This document shows positions 36,450-45,999 of a DNA stretch of 64,000 nt, piece by piece; positions within the stretch are counted from its first letter, which is position 1, and the number at the start of each line of letters is the position of its first letter. The translations under genes and the position numbers were made by a program. Origin of the DNA: an uncultured Alphaproteobacteria bacterium (lineage in GTDB: Bacteria; Pseudomonadota; Alphaproteobacteria; Caulobacterales; Caulobacteraceae); assembly GCA_903892305.1 (NCBI GenBank), contig CAITHQ010000066.1, positions 688 to 64,687 of the forward strand, read 5' to 3'. The notes below the pieces were generated by a model, which saw only the letters and a list, made by a program, of their open reading frames with translations, was not told the DNA's origin and made no database searches.

Positions 36450-37613
36450 TTAAAGATTGCGCCCCGCATAGCTGCGAATGGCGCTGATCACCTGATCCTG
36501 ATCATCGGCGGTCAGATAGGGGTGCATGGGCAGGCTCATCACAGTCGCTGACTTAGCCTCCGTCACTGGTAGACCGCCTGGGGCGGGGTAGCCGCTATAG
36601 ACCCCCTGCTTGTGGATCGGGATCGGATAATAGACGGCGGTCGGGACACCAGCCTCCTTCAGGTGGGCGATCAGACCCTCGCGATCGCCGGTCTCGATGG
36701 TGTACTGAGCCCAGACACTGACCCCGCCGTCGATGACCAATGGCGTCGTCACCACATCCGACAGGCCCGCGGCATAGCGGTCAGCCACCCGGTTACGGGC
36801 CTCGATCTCGTCGGCGAAAATGCTGAGCTTCTGTAACAGGACAGCGGCCTGGATCGTGTCCATCCGACTGTTCATGCCGACCCGCATGTTCAGATATTTG
36901 GGATCGTGGTCGAAGGTTCTGCCCTCGATGTCGCCCTTCACCGCCTGACCATGGACCCGCAGGCTGACCAGCAGGTCATGGAAGGCGCTGTCCTTGCTCA
37001 GCACCGCGCCGCCGTCGCCATAGCAACCCAAGGGCTTGGCCGGGAAAAAGCTGGTGGTGGCCACATCGGCCCAGTGCAGCGGGTGATGGCCATTCAGGGT
37101 GCAGCCGAAACCCTGGGCGGAGTCGGCGATCAGCTTCAGACCATGCTTTGCGGCAACCGCGGCTAGGGCGGGATAGTCTGCAGGCTGGCCAAATAGGTCG
37201 ACGGCAATCACGGCCCTGGGCGTCAGCTTGCCCTCTGCCTTCACCGCCTCGATGGCGGCATCCAACTTGACCGGATCCAGATTGAAGGTGTCGGGCAGAA
37301 TGTCGACAAAGACTGGCGAGGCCCCGACCAGAGGCATGACCTCGGCCGTCGCCGCAAAGGTGAAGGACGGGCAGAACACCGCATCGCCCGGGCCAATGCC
37401 CCAGGCCATGAGCGGCAGTTGCAGGGCCTCAGTTCCCGACCCACAGGACAGGACAAACGGCGCCTCTCCAAACGCCCCCAAGGCCTTTTCAAAGGCAGCG
37501 ATCTCCGGGCCCATAATATAGGCACCCGACCGCACAACCTTCAGAATGGCGTCCTCTAGGGGCTGGCCAAGGCGAAGGCGCTGGGCCTGAAGGTCGATGA
37601 AGGGAATAGCCAT
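36450..37613 (-). CDS. DegT/DnrJ/EryC1/StrS family PLP-dependent sugar aminotransferase
   Basis: IPFIDLQAQ N-terminus and PLP-lysine region SFFPAKPLGCYGDGGA. Confidence 0.9.
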   Translation of the reverse strand: MAIPFIDLQAQRLRLGQPLEDAILKVVRSGAYIMGPEIAAFEKALGAFGEAPFVLSCGSGTEALQLPLMAWGIGPGDAVFCPSFTFAATAEVMPLVGASPVFVDILPDTFNLDPVKLDAAIEAVKAEGKLTPRAVIAVDLFGQPADYPALAAVAAKHGLKLIADSAQGFGCTLNGHHPLHWADVATTSFFPAKPLGCYGDGGAVLSKDSAFHDLLVSLRVHGQAVKGDIEGRTFDHDPKYLNMRVGMNSRMDTIQAAVLLQKLSIFADEIEARNRVADRYAAGLSDVVTTPLVIDGGVSVWAQYTIETGDREGLIAHLKEAGVPTAVYYPIPIHKQGVYSGYPAPGGLPVTEAKSATVMSLPMHPYLTADDQDQVISAIRSYAGRNL

Positions 37614-37754
37614 AGGGAATCAAACTCTGTCGAAGGGCGGCGGTTCATTGGCACGGTCAGGGGTCCGACGCCAAACACGGTTGTTTTCATAAGGTTTCGA
37701 GTGAGGCCTTCTCAGGCAGCTTGAGTTCCCAGCGGCCCTGGCCATATTGCCAGG

Positions 37755-38564
37755 GTGGCGAACCTGCGCCGCGCAGGATACCCGCCCTTGGTTTCACCTT
37801 CGCAGACGCCCACGGCGCTTTCTCCCGCCGGGAATCCCATCTTCCTGGTGATCACAATCTGGCTTGGCAGCGCCGCGGCCCTGACCCTTGCGCCGCAGTG
37901 GACAGGGGTCCTGACCTTTGCCTTTGTCATGTCGGGCTGGATCCTGGCGGTCGGCGTTCACGAGTTCGGTCACGCCCTGGTCGCCTATCTTGGTGGGGAC
38001 TGGACGGTGCGGAGCAAGGGGTATTTGTCCATGGACCCTCGCAAATATGCCGACCTGCAGACCACCTTGATCTTCCCCCTGATCGCCCTGGCCCTGGGTG
38101 GGATCGGGTTTCCCGGCGGCGCGGTCTACTTGCAGGAAAATCTAATGCGCAGTCGGCTCTGGCGATCCGCCTCGTCCCTGGCCGGGCCGGCTGGGACCTT
38201 GTTGGTTATGCTGATCCTCGGCGGCGCCTTGCAGATTTTTCCGCCACCAGCCTCGCAGGCAGCCCTGACCAATGCGGTGGGCTTTCTTACCTTTCTTCAG
38301 GCAACGGCCCTGGTTCTGAACCTGATCCCCCTGCCGGGATTTGACGGATATGGCGTGATCCGTCCCTTTCTGCCGGCGGGCGTCCGGGCCACCATAGGGC
38401 GTTTTGAGCCCCTGGCACCCCTGCTGCTGCTGGCGGCGATCTTCTTCATCCCGGCAGTCTCTGATGCCTTCTTTTTGGCAGCGTTCCAGTTGACCGAGCT
38501 GCTTGGCCTTCCGCAAATGGCCATAGTCCAAGGATTACACGCCTTCCAATTCTGGAAACTCTGA
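37755..38564 (+). CDS. site-2 protease (M50) family membrane metalloprotease
   Basis: HEFGHALVAYL zinc motif inside a TM helix; multiple TM segments. The true start is uncertain: GTG at 37755 is the longest ORF, and TTG or GTG starts further in are possible. Confidence 0.75.
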   Translation: MANLRRAGYPPLVSPSQTPTALSPAGNPIFLVITIWLGSAAALTLAPQWTGVLTFAFVMSGWILAVGVHEFGHALVAYLGGDWTVRSKGYLSMDPRKYADLQTTLIFPLIALALGGIGFPGGAVYLQENLMRSRLWRSASSLAGPAGTLLVMLILGGALQIFPPPASQAALTNAVGFLTFLQATALVLNLIPLPGFDGYGVIRPFLPAGVRATIGRFEPLAPLLLLAAIFFIPAVSDAFFLAAFQLTELLGLPQMAIVQGLHAFQFWKL

Positions 38565-39271
38565 TGAGCCCCGTACACGCCTTGGCGGCAGACCTTGCGG
38601 CCCGACGTCCATCAACTGGCCCGCTGATCGTTGGCCTCACGGGGGCCGTGGCCGCGGGGAAATCTACCCTGGCTGGGGAGCTGAAAACCGTCCTCGCAGA
38701 TCAGGCCAAGGTCGAGATCATCGCGACAGATGGCTTTCTGCGGCCCAATGCTGAGCTGACGGACCTCGGCCTGTTGGAACAAAAGGGTTTCCCGCCCACC
38801 TATGACAATGATCGGTTCCGCGCCGCCCTGACGGACATCCGGACAGGGCCCACCGTCTTTCCGACCTATTCCCATACCGCCTATGACATTGATGCCGCCC
38901 TAGCCCGGACCCTATCCCCACCGGACATCCTGATCGTGGAGGGGCTAAACCTGCAGCACCGGGCCATTGCGCCCAAAGCTGCCGATCCCCTAGACCTCCT
39001 GATCTATTTGGACGCTGATGAAGCCGATTTAGAGGCCTGGTATGTGGCACGGTTCCTGGAACTGTGGGAGGAAGCCGAACACGATCCGACCTCCTTCTAT
39101 GCCCGGTTCCGGTCCATGAGCCGCGGGCAGACAGAGGACCTGGCTCGGATGGTCTGGACCGGGGTCAATCTGAAGAACTTGAGGGAAAACATCATTCTCG
39201 CCCGGGATACGGCCGATCTGGTCGTCCGCAAGGCCGCCGACCATGCCATTGTTGAGGTCGTAAGGCGCTAG
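38564..39271 (+). CDS. coaA: type I pantothenate kinase, short form lacking the N-terminal ~70 aa of E. coli CoaA
   Basis: Collinear by-eye match to E. coli CoaA from the P-loop GLTGAVAAGKST, through TDGFLRPN, KGFPPTYD, YSH..YD and PDILIVEGLN, to the C-terminal KAADHAIVEVVRR. Confidence 0.75.
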   Translation: MSPVHALAADLAARRPSTGPLIVGLTGAVAAGKSTLAGELKTVLADQAKVEIIATDGFLRPNAELTDLGLLEQKGFPPTYDNDRFRAALTDIRTGPTVFPTYSHTAYDIDAALARTLSPPDILIVEGLNLQHRAIAPKAADPLDLLIYLDADEADLEAWYVARFLELWEEAEHDPTSFYARFRSMSRGQTEDLARMVWTGVNLKNLRENIILARDTADLVVRKAADHAIVEVVRR

Positions 39272-40002
39272 GTTTTGGCGACCCGCCCCGGTGCCGCCGA
39301 CACGAAACCCGTGGACTGGACCGCATCAAACACAGCCTCGCCGCCGTCAGCCTGTCCAGCCCGCAGGGCGGCCTTGATCCCGGCCAGGGCCTGACCGCGA
39401 TAACCCCCAAGGGTGGCCGCCAGCTCGCAGGCGCGGGCAGCGGTCTGATCGTCTGGAACCACCTCATAGGCTAGGCCCAGCCTGTGTAGGTCAGCCGCGC
39501 TGGTGCGACGCGCGCCGAGGGTGAGCTGTGCCGCCACAGCTTCGGACGTCCGTAATCTGAGCCAAGCAATGTTCATGGGGGCCAGCATGCCCAGGGCTGC
39601 CTCGCCCACCAAGAGGGTCGCGTTTTCACCGGCCACCATTAGGTCTGCTGCAAGCGCCATGGAGGCCCCGGCATTGATGGCATATTTTTCCAGGGCACAG
39701 ATGATCACCGCCGGGCAGCGATAGAGGGTCTTGTGCCAGTCCGCCCAGTCAGTCGGCCAGCTGGCCCGCCAGGCCGGAGCCGGATCCTCGGCAAAGGCGT
39801 CCACATCGAGACCCGAACAGAAAACCCCCTGGGCCCCGCGCAGAACCACCGCCTTGGCGCCCCCCGCCAGCAGGGTTGCAAGGCCAGACTGAAGATCGGC
39901 GACCATGGGGCCGATCAGGGCATTCTTGCGCTCTGGCCGCGACAGGATCAGTTCCCCCCAACCTTCGTGCAGGACAGGCTGGGCCATTGGAAGGGTGCTC
40001 AT
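39268..40002 (-). CDS. enoyl-CoA hydratase/isomerase (crotonase) family protein
   Basis: Oxyanion-hole region VVLRGAQGVFCSGLDV and crotonase-length fold. Confidence 0.85.
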   Translation of the reverse strand: MSTLPMAQPVLHEGWGELILSRPERKNALIGPMVADLQSGLATLLAGGAKAVVLRGAQGVFCSGLDVDAFAEDPAPAWRASWPTDWADWHKTLYRCPAVIICALEKYAINAGASMALAADLMVAGENATLLVGEAALGMLAPMNIAWLRLRTSEAVAAQLTLGARRTSAADLHRLGLAYEVVPDDQTAARACELAATLGGYRGQALAGIKAALRAGQADGGEAVFDAVQSTGFVSAAPGRVAKT

Positions 40003-40124
40003 GGGGACTCCTCTATTGAGGACAGACTAGAGCCCTGTTCGGCCATAGCGAAGCGCCTTCTTCTAGGGCGTTCACCCTCGAAACCTGCTGCCCTGAGCGG
40101 GTGGGCCTGATAGGGGATGGGCCT

Positions 40125-40598
40125 ATGATCCCGCCGATTCAGATTTGGACCCGCGCTGCGTGGCATCCCGCCTTCACCTGCGGGGGGTGGGCCTATGTCC
40201 GGTCCGGTGGCGAGCTCTCGGGCAAGGCGGGCGGTGAGCGCAATACCAGCCTTCAGCGCATGGTGCTGGCCGGCTTAACCACCAGCCTCACCGATCTGCA
40301 GCCTGGGCCGGTAGTATTTGACCTGGGAGATCGCACCACCGCCCAAGTCCTGGCGAAAATCCTCTCGGGTGCCCCCCTGACGGACGCCGAGCGGCCCGCC
40401 GAAGACCTTGATCTTTGGGCGCAATTGACCACGGGCCTTAAGGGACGGAGCGTGACCTTCAAACTGGGTGCCCTGACCGCCGGCGGTCCGGCCGCCTTTG
40501 CCCAAGCCTGGGCCGACCTCGCCCTTGAAAAGGCCAAGTCAGCGGGCACGTTTACGGCTGCAATTCCGAAACCGAACCTGGCTCGGATAAAGGCCTGA
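40125..40598 (+). CDS. RNase H-like fold protein with substituted catalytic residues
   Basis: By-eye alignment to E. coli RNase HI. IQIWTRAAW..GGWAYV matches VEIFTDGSC..GGYGAI. QRMVL matches NRMEL. DLWAQLTTGL matches DLWQRLDAAL. WADLA matches CDELA. Start set to ATG at 40125 (AGGGGA RBS). Confidence 0.55.
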   Translation: MIPPIQIWTRAAWHPAFTCGGWAYVRSGGELSGKAGGERNTSLQRMVLAGLTTSLTDLQPGPVVFDLGDRTTAQVLAKILSGAPLTDAERPAEDLDLWAQLTTGLKGRSVTFKLGALTAGGPAAFAQAWADLALEKAKSAGTFTAAIPKPNLARIKA

Positions 40599-40601
40599 GA
40601 C

Positions 40602-40820
40602 CTACTGGCCCTTTACCCCGCCAGGGCTTTGGGCCGTGGTGGTCATTTCCTTGGCCTCCTGGGCATCGCGCGCGATCTGCCCCTTGGTCTTGCAGGTCTT
40701 TACCGGCAAACGGGTCCCGAGGTTCGCCTCATACTTGCAGACCAATTTATTGTCATCGGCAACAGCCTGTGCCGGGGTCGTTGTCGCCACCGCAGCAGCG
40801 AAAAGCAGGGAAGCGATCAT
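40602..40820 (-). CDS. small secreted protein (72 aa) with two Cys
   Basis: Signal peptide MIASLLFAAAVATTTPAQA. Mature part KLVCKYEANLGTRLPVKTCKTKGQ. No assigned function. Confidence 0.55.
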   Translation of the reverse strand: MIASLLFAAAVATTTPAQAVADDNKLVCKYEANLGTRLPVKTCKTKGQIARDAQEAKEMTTTAQSPGGVKGQ

Positions 40821-40996
40821 GGGATGTCATCCTGGGCGGAAGGAAGCTGACCGGTGCATACCGCAATAAGCGCTGATCACCAAAGCCAAGCTAACCCAAG
40901 GGCAGTATTGAATCCCTAGCTGGGTTGCATAAAGGTGTTCGCCAACCCTGGGCACTGCCCGGCCCTAAGAATAGCTCATTAAAAGGAAACGCCCCG

Positions 40997-41974
40997 ATGA
41001 AGACCCGCATCACAGACTTGTTCGGTATCGAGCACCCCATCCTCCAGGGCGGCATGCACTTTGTCGGCCTGGCCGAAATGGCCGCAGCGGTCTCCAATGC
41101 GGGGGGTCTGGGGATCATCACCGGTCTCACCCAGCGCACGCCTGATGATCTGGCCAAGGAAATCGCCCGCTGCCGGGACATGACCGACAAGCCCTTCGGC
41201 GTGAACCTGACCTTCCTGCCCTCGGTCACCCCGCCGGACTATCCCGGCTATATCAAGGCCATCATCGAGTCTGGTGTGAAGGCCGTGGAAACCGCCGGCA
41301 ATAACCCGGCCAAGTATCTGCCCGCCCTGAAAGAGGCGGGGATCAAGGTGATCCACAAGTGCACCTCGGTCCGCCACTCGCTCAAGGCCGAGGCCATCGG
41401 CTGTGACGCGGTCAGCGTTGATGGCTTTGAGTGCGGCGGTCACCCCGGCGAAGATGACGTGCCCAACTTCGTCCTCCTGCCCCGAGCGGCTGAAGAGCTG
41501 AAGATCCCCTTCGTCGCCTCGGGCGGCGTGGCCAATGGTCGCCAGCTGGTGGCCGCCCTGGCCCTTGGCGCTGACGGCATCAATATGGGCACCCGCTTCA
41601 TCGCCACCCAGGAAGCGCCTGTGCACCACAATGTGAAGCAGGCCATTGTCGACGCCAGCGAGCTGGACACCCGTCTGGTCATGCGCTCCCTGCGCAATAC
41701 TGAGCGCGTACTGAACAATGCCGCCGTCGAGCGCCTACTGGAAAAGGAAAAGGCCCTGGGCGCCAACCTGAAGTTCGAAGACATCATCGGCGAAGTGGCC
41801 GGGGTCTATCCGATTATCATGCAGAAGGGCGAGATGGATGCCGGTGCCTGGTCCTGCGGCATGGTCGCGGGCCTGATCCACGACATCCCCACCTGCAAGG
41901 AACTGATCGACGGCATCATGGCCGAAGCCGACGCCCTGATCCGCCAGCGTTTGGCGGCATTTGCCACGGCCTAA
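40997..41974 (+). CDS. nitronate monooxygenase / FabK-like FMN-dependent oxidoreductase
   Basis: IEHPILQGGM, ASGGVANGRQ and GADGINMGTRF motifs. Start moved to ATG at 40997 (AAAGGAAA RBS). Confidence 0.9.
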   Translation: MKTRITDLFGIEHPILQGGMHFVGLAEMAAAVSNAGGLGIITGLTQRTPDDLAKEIARCRDMTDKPFGVNLTFLPSVTPPDYPGYIKAIIESGVKAVETAGNNPAKYLPALKEAGIKVIHKCTSVRHSLKAEAIGCDAVSVDGFECGGHPGEDDVPNFVLLPRAAEELKIPFVASGGVANGRQLVAALALGADGINMGTRFIATQEAPVHHNVKQAIVDASELDTRLVMRSLRNTERVLNNAAVERLLEKEKALGANLKFEDIIGEVAGVYPIIMQKGEMDAGAWSCGMVAGLIHDIPTCKELIDGIMAEADALIRQRLAAFATA

Positions 41975-41988
41975 GGGGAAGAGGCGAG

Positions 41989-42015
41989 GGGGTGGCCTTC
42001 CAGGAAGGCCGCCCC
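41989..42015 (+). terminator. GC-rich stem-loop after the nitronate monooxygenase gene
   Basis: 11-bp stem GGGGTGGCCTT / AAGGCCGCCCC (one G-U pair), 15 nt after the stop. Weak T-tract. Confidence 0.4.
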
Positions 42016-42059
42016 TTCACCCCGCCTTAACCCTTCCCCCCTCAACTGCGGCGCGGTAA

Positions 42060-42074
42060 GAACATAAGCTGAAC
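42060..42074 (+). promoter_or_regulatory. alphaproteobacterial-type LexA (SOS) box GAAC-N7-GAAC upstream of ruvC
   Basis: GAACATAAGCTGAAC read directly from the sequence, 22 nt upstream of the ruvC ATG (42096). It matches the direct-repeat GTTC-N7-GTTC / GAAC-N7-GAAC consensus reported for alphaproteobacterial LexA. Confidence 0.6.
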
Positions 42075-42095
42075 GCACGACTCAAACGGGGGCCT

Positions 42096-42602
42096 ATGGC
42101 TGCGATCCGCATATTGGGCCTGGACCCGGGACTTCGGCATACGGGCTGGGGCGTCATCACGGTGGAGGGCGCACGCCTGTCTCATGTGGCCCACGGGGTG
42201 ATCAACCCCAAGGACAGCCTGCCCTTTGCCGAGCGCCTGCGTCTGCTGTTTGAAGGCATTACCCGTGTGGTCGAGTTGCACGCCCCCCATGAGGCGGCGG
42301 TGGAAGAGACCTTCATGAACAATAACGCCGCCTCGGCCCTGAAGCTGGGGCATGCCAGGGCCATGGCCCTGGTGGTGCCTGCCCTGGCGGGTCTGCCCGT
42401 GGCCGAATACGCCGCCAAGGTCGTCAAAAAGGCTGTGGTGGGAACCGGCGGCGCCGACAAGGATCAGGTGGCCTTTATGATCGCCCGCATACTGCCGACG
42501 GCCGGACCGACCACGGCGGACGCCGCCGACGCCCTGGCTGTCGCCATTGCCCACGCCCATGCCCGCAAAGCCCGGCAGCTGACCGAAAGGTCCGCCGCAT
42601 GA
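42096..42602 (+). CDS. ruvC: crossover junction endodeoxyribonuclease RuvC
   Basis: [17 protein letters not shown]-terminus, EE.F.N and [11 protein letters not shown] motifs. First gene of the ruvCAB order. Confidence 0.95.
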   Translation: MAAIRILGLDPGLRHTGWGVITVEGARLSHVAHGVINPKDSLPFAERLRLLFEGITRVVELHAPHEAAVEETFMNNNAASALKLGHARAMALVVPALAGLPVAEYAAKVVKKAVVGTGGADKDQVAFMIARILPTAGPTTADAADALAVAIAHAHARKARQLTERSAA

Positions 42603-43210
42603 TCGGGCGGTTGCGGGGTCTGGTGGCCGAGGTTGGCGAGGAAGAAGCCCTGATCGATGTGGGCGGGGTTGGCTATGTGGTCCGCTGCGGCGGCCGCACC
42701 CTGGGCCATCTGCCGGCCCTTGGCGAAGAGACCGTCCTGCACGTGGAAACCCAGTGGGCCGAGAGCACGGGCATGAAGCTCTATGGCTTTCTGGGCCGGG
42801 ACGAGCGCCGGGCCTTTGTCCTGCTGCAGTCCATCCAGGGGGTCGGGCCCAAGGCGGCTTTGAGTGTTCTCGACGTCCTGCCGCCGCCGGATCTGGCCGC
42901 CGCCGTGGCGCGAGATGACAAGGCCTCCGTGGGCCGGGCCAATGGGGTGGGGCCCAAGCTGGCCCAGCGCATTGTCACCGAACTGAAAGGCAAGCCGATC
43001 AGCGACGGCCCCGTGGCCGCCTTCCACGCCCAGGCCGCTGCCGCCCCGCCGCCGCCTTCGGCCGTGGGCGAGTCCGTGGCTGCCCTGCTCAGCCTAGGGG
43101 TCGCTGAGATCAATGCTCGCCGGGTGGTGGAACAGGCTGCCCTGCGGCTTGGGGATGACGCCACCGTCCAGGCCCTGATCAAGGCTGGCCTGCAGGAGCT
43201 GGGCCGGTGA
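42599..43210 (+). CDS. ruvA: Holliday junction branch migration complex subunit RuvA
   Basis: MIGRLRG...GVGY N-terminus and HhH motifs IQGVGPK / [11 protein letters not shown]. 4-nt overlaps with both neighbours. Confidence 0.95.
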   Translation: MIGRLRGLVAEVGEEEALIDVGGVGYVVRCGGRTLGHLPALGEETVLHVETQWAESTGMKLYGFLGRDERRAFVLLQSIQGVGPKAALSVLDVLPPPDLAAAVARDDKASVGRANGVGPKLAQRIVTELKGKPISDGPVAAFHAQAAAAPPPPSAVGESVAALLSLGVAEINARRVVEQAALRLGDDATVQALIKAGLQELGR

Positions 43211-44244
43211 GTGAGCGGCTGATTTCCGGCGAGCCTGCGCCGCTGGACCCTTCCGATCGCGCCCTGCGGCCCCAGACCCTTTCAGAATTCGTCGGTCAGG
43301 CCCAGGCCAAGGGCAATCTTTCGGTGTTTATCGAGGCCGCCAAGGCCCGGGGCGAGGCCCTGGACCACGTCCTGCTATTTGGGCCTCCGGGCCTGGGCAA
43401 GACGACGCTTGCCCAGATCATCGCCCGGGAGCTGGGGGTCAATTTCCGCGCCACCTCAGGCCCGGTCCTGGCCAAGGCCGGGGATCTGGCGGCCATACTG
43501 ACCAATCTGGAACCCCGGGACGTTCTCTTCATCGACGAGATCCATCGTCTGCCCGCCAATGTGGAGGAGATCCTCTATCCGGCCATGGAGGACCATGTGC
43601 TGGATCTGATCATCGGCGAGGGCCCTTCGGCCCGGTCGATCCGTATTGATCTGGCGCCCTTCACCCTGGTGGCGGCGACCACCCGGGCGGGCTTGCTGGC
43701 TACCCCCCTGCGCGACCGGTTTGGCATACCCCTACGCCTGGAATTCTATACCCACGCAGAGCTCAGCCAGGTGCTGAACCATGCGGCGGGCAAGCTGGGG
43801 CTGAGCCTTGCGCCTGATGGCGCTGCCGAGATTGCCACACGGGCCAGGGGCACCCCTCGCGTTGCCGGACGTCTGCTGCGGCGGGTGCGGGACTTTGCCG
43901 CCGCTGATGGGGTGAAGGTGATTGGTCAGGCCGCAGCCGCCCAGGCCTTGGCGCGGCTAGATGTGGACCCGGCAGGCCTGGACGCCCTAGACCGCCGCTA
44001 TCTCCGCGCCCTGATCGAGAACTATGGCGGCGGACCAGCCGGGGTGGAAACCCTGGCCTATGCCATAGCCGAAGCCCGCGACGCCGTGGAAGATGTGATC
44101 GAGCCCTTCCTCTTGCAGCAGGGCTTCATTCAGCGCACGCCTCGGGGCCGAATGGCCTGCGCCAAGGCCTATACCCATATTGGCCTCACCCCGCCGCCCC
44201 AGATGCCTGCGGGCGGCCAGGGCGGTCTGTTCGACGAGACCTAG
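43207..44244 (+). CDS. ruvB: Holliday junction branch migration DNA helicase RuvB
   Basis: [12 protein letters not shown], Walker [12 protein letters not shown], Walker [10 protein letters not shown], sensor ATTRAGLL. Confidence 0.97.
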   Translation: MSERLISGEPAPLDPSDRALRPQTLSEFVGQAQAKGNLSVFIEAAKARGEALDHVLLFGPPGLGKTTLAQIIARELGVNFRATSGPVLAKAGDLAAILTNLEPRDVLFIDEIHRLPANVEEILYPAMEDHVLDLIIGEGPSARSIRIDLAPFTLVAATTRAGLLATPLRDRFGIPLRLEFYTHAELSQVLNHAAGKLGLSLAPDGAAEIATRARGTPRVAGRLLRRVRDFAAADGVKVIGQAAAAQALARLDVDPAGLDALDRRYLRALIENYGGGPAGVETLAYAIAEARDAVEDVIEPFLLQQGFIQRTPRGRMACAKAYTHIGLTPPPQMPAGGQGGLFDET

Positions 44245-44245
44245 G

Positions 44246-44695
44246 ATGGTTGAGATTCCAAGGGACACCGCCCCAACTGCGGGATGGATGGAAGGACGCG
44301 AGCACGTCTTGCCCGTCCGCATCTATTACGAAGACACCGACTTCACTGGGGTGGTCTATCACGGCAATTACCTGCGCTATTTTGAGCGGGGTCGCAGTGA
44401 TTTCCTGCGGGTAACCGGCGTGGCCCATTCTGCCCTTCTGGACCAGTCGGTGGCCTTTACTGTGGTGAAGATCAATCTGGAATTCCGCCGCCCGGCGCGG
44501 ATCGACGACGCCCTCCTGGTCAGGACGACCATTGATGGGGTCAAGGGACCACGCCTCAATTTCAGCCAGAAAATCTTTCGCGGCGAGGAGCTGGTTTGCA
44601 CCGCCCAGGTGGAGGCAGCCTGCATCCACATGAATGGTCGACCGTCTAAGCCACCGCCGAGCCTGATCGCGGCCTTGGCACCGCTGATCGGTTAG
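44246..44695 (+). CDS. ybgC: tol-pal associated acyl-CoA thioesterase YbgC (4HBT hotdog)
   Basis: VRIYYEDTDFTGVVYHGNYLRYFE motif. Positioned between ruvB and tolQ. Start set to ATG at 44246, just after the ruvB stop; a later Met is possible. Confidence 0.85.
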   Translation: MVEIPRDTAPTAGWMEGREHVLPVRIYYEDTDFTGVVYHGNYLRYFERGRSDFLRVTGVAHSALLDQSVAFTVVKINLEFRRPARIDDALLVRTTIDGVKGPRLNFSQKIFRGEELVCTAQVEAACIHMNGRPSKPPPSLIAALAPLIG

Positions 44696-44793
44696 AGGGC
44701 GAATTTTCAAGATCCTTAGCGAAACTTACCGCTTTGTCGCAACTTCGCCACCGATTAGGTCCAGTCTACACGTCGATTTCCGCCGGAGCGAAC

Positions 44794-45495
44794 ATGGATC
44801 CCACAGCCCTTACCCCTGAGAGCTTCTCATTCATCACCCTCTTTCTGCGCGCCGACTGGGTGGTGAAGAGCGTTTTGACCGGCCTCGCCCTCGCATCCTT
44901 GTGGTCCTGGAGCATAATTCTCGACAAGGTTTTTCGGTTCGGAGCCCTCAATCGAACATCTGCGAATTTCGAAAAAGAGGTGGCGTCAGGCCGCAGTTTA
45001 GAAGAGGTCGCGGCCAAGGCCGGGGACAATCCTGTCCATCCCCTGCCGCGAATGCTGCAGGGTGCCTTGCGCGAATGGCGGGAGGCCAGAAGCCGGGGCC
45101 AGATGAATGACGGACAGGTGGCCTTCCTGGTCCAGCGCATTGACCGGATCTTGGACACCACCGTGGCGCGGGAAATCGAGCGGGTCGAAGGGGGGCTCAG
45201 CACCCTGGCCATCATCGCCACCACCTCGCCCTTTGTGGGTCTGTTTGGTACGGTCTGGGGCATTATGCACAGCTTTCAGGCCATCGCGATCCAGAAGAAT
45301 ACAAACCTAGCTGTGGTGGCGCCCAGTATTGCTGAAGCCCTCTTTGCCACGGCCATTGGCTTGGCCGCTGCCATTCCCGCCTATATCGCCTTCAACGCCT
45401 TCTCCAACAGTGTGGCGCGCTACTCTGCCCGCCTGGAGAGCTTTGCCGACGACCTCACCACCGCCATTCAGCGGCGCTTGGCGGAGCGCGTCTGA
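44794..45495 (+). CDS. tolQ: Tol-Pal system protein TolQ
   Basis: MotA/TolQ/ExbB channel motifs (LATIATTSPFVGLFGTVWGI-type region ...AIIATTSPFVGLFGTVWGIM). Start moved to ATG at 44794 (GGAG RBS). Confidence 0.95.
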   Translation: MDPTALTPESFSFITLFLRADWVVKSVLTGLALASLWSWSIILDKVFRFGALNRTSANFEKEVASGRSLEEVAAKAGDNPVHPLPRMLQGALREWREARSRGQMNDGQVAFLVQRIDRILDTTVAREIERVEGGLSTLAIIATTSPFVGLFGTVWGIMHSFQAIAIQKNTNLAVVAPSIAEALFATAIGLAAAIPAYIAFNAFSNSVARYSARLESFADDLTTAIQRRLAERV

Positions 45496-45995
45496 TGGCA
45501 CTCTCGGCTCATGACGCCTTCTCTGCGGCAGGGGGTGGACGGCGGCGGCGGCGTGGCCGCAACCGCCGTGGAACCCTCTCCGAAATCAATGTGACGCCCC
45601 TGGTGGACGTCATGCTGGTCCTGCTGATTGTCTTTATGATCTCTGCCCCCCTGCTGACTGTGGGGGTATCGGTCGAGCTGCCGAAGACCGAAGCCGGGGC
45701 CATGCAGGATCAGTCTGAGCCACTGACGGTCTCGATTCGTGCCGATGGCGCGATCTATCTTCAGGACCAACCTGTGGCCTTCGCCAATCTTTCCGCGCGC
45801 CTGAAGACCATGAGCAAGGACCCCAAGCCGATCTATGTCAGGGCCGATGGCAAGGCGTCCTACGCCGTTGTCGCCCAGGTCATGGCAGCGCTTTCCACCT
45901 CGGGCTTCAAGTCGATCAACCTGATAACCGACACAGGCGGGCCCTCTTCGGGGGGTAAGGGCCCCGTCGCAACACCTCAGTTGCAGGAGCCCTAG
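45495..45995 (+). CDS. tolR: Tol-Pal system protein TolR (ExbD/TolR family)
   Basis: SEINVTPLVDVMLVLLIVFM TM motif with the conserved Asp. The ATG overlaps the tolQ stop. Confidence 0.93.
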   Translation: MALSAHDAFSAAGGGRRRRRGRNRRGTLSEINVTPLVDVMLVLLIVFMISAPLLTVGVSVELPKTEAGAMQDQSEPLTVSIRADGAIYLQDQPVAFANLSARLKTMSKDPKPIYVRADGKASYAVVAQVMAALSTSGFKSINLITDTGGPSSGGKGPVATPQLQEP

Positions 45996-45999
45996 GACC

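Noticed and set aside
44180-44695. Apparent 65-nt overlap of the ybgC ORF with ruvB, considered as a frameshift or fusion.
   Set aside because: An ATG at 44246, one nucleotide after the ruvB stop, gives a normal-length YbgC. The overlap is only an upstream extension of the open frame.
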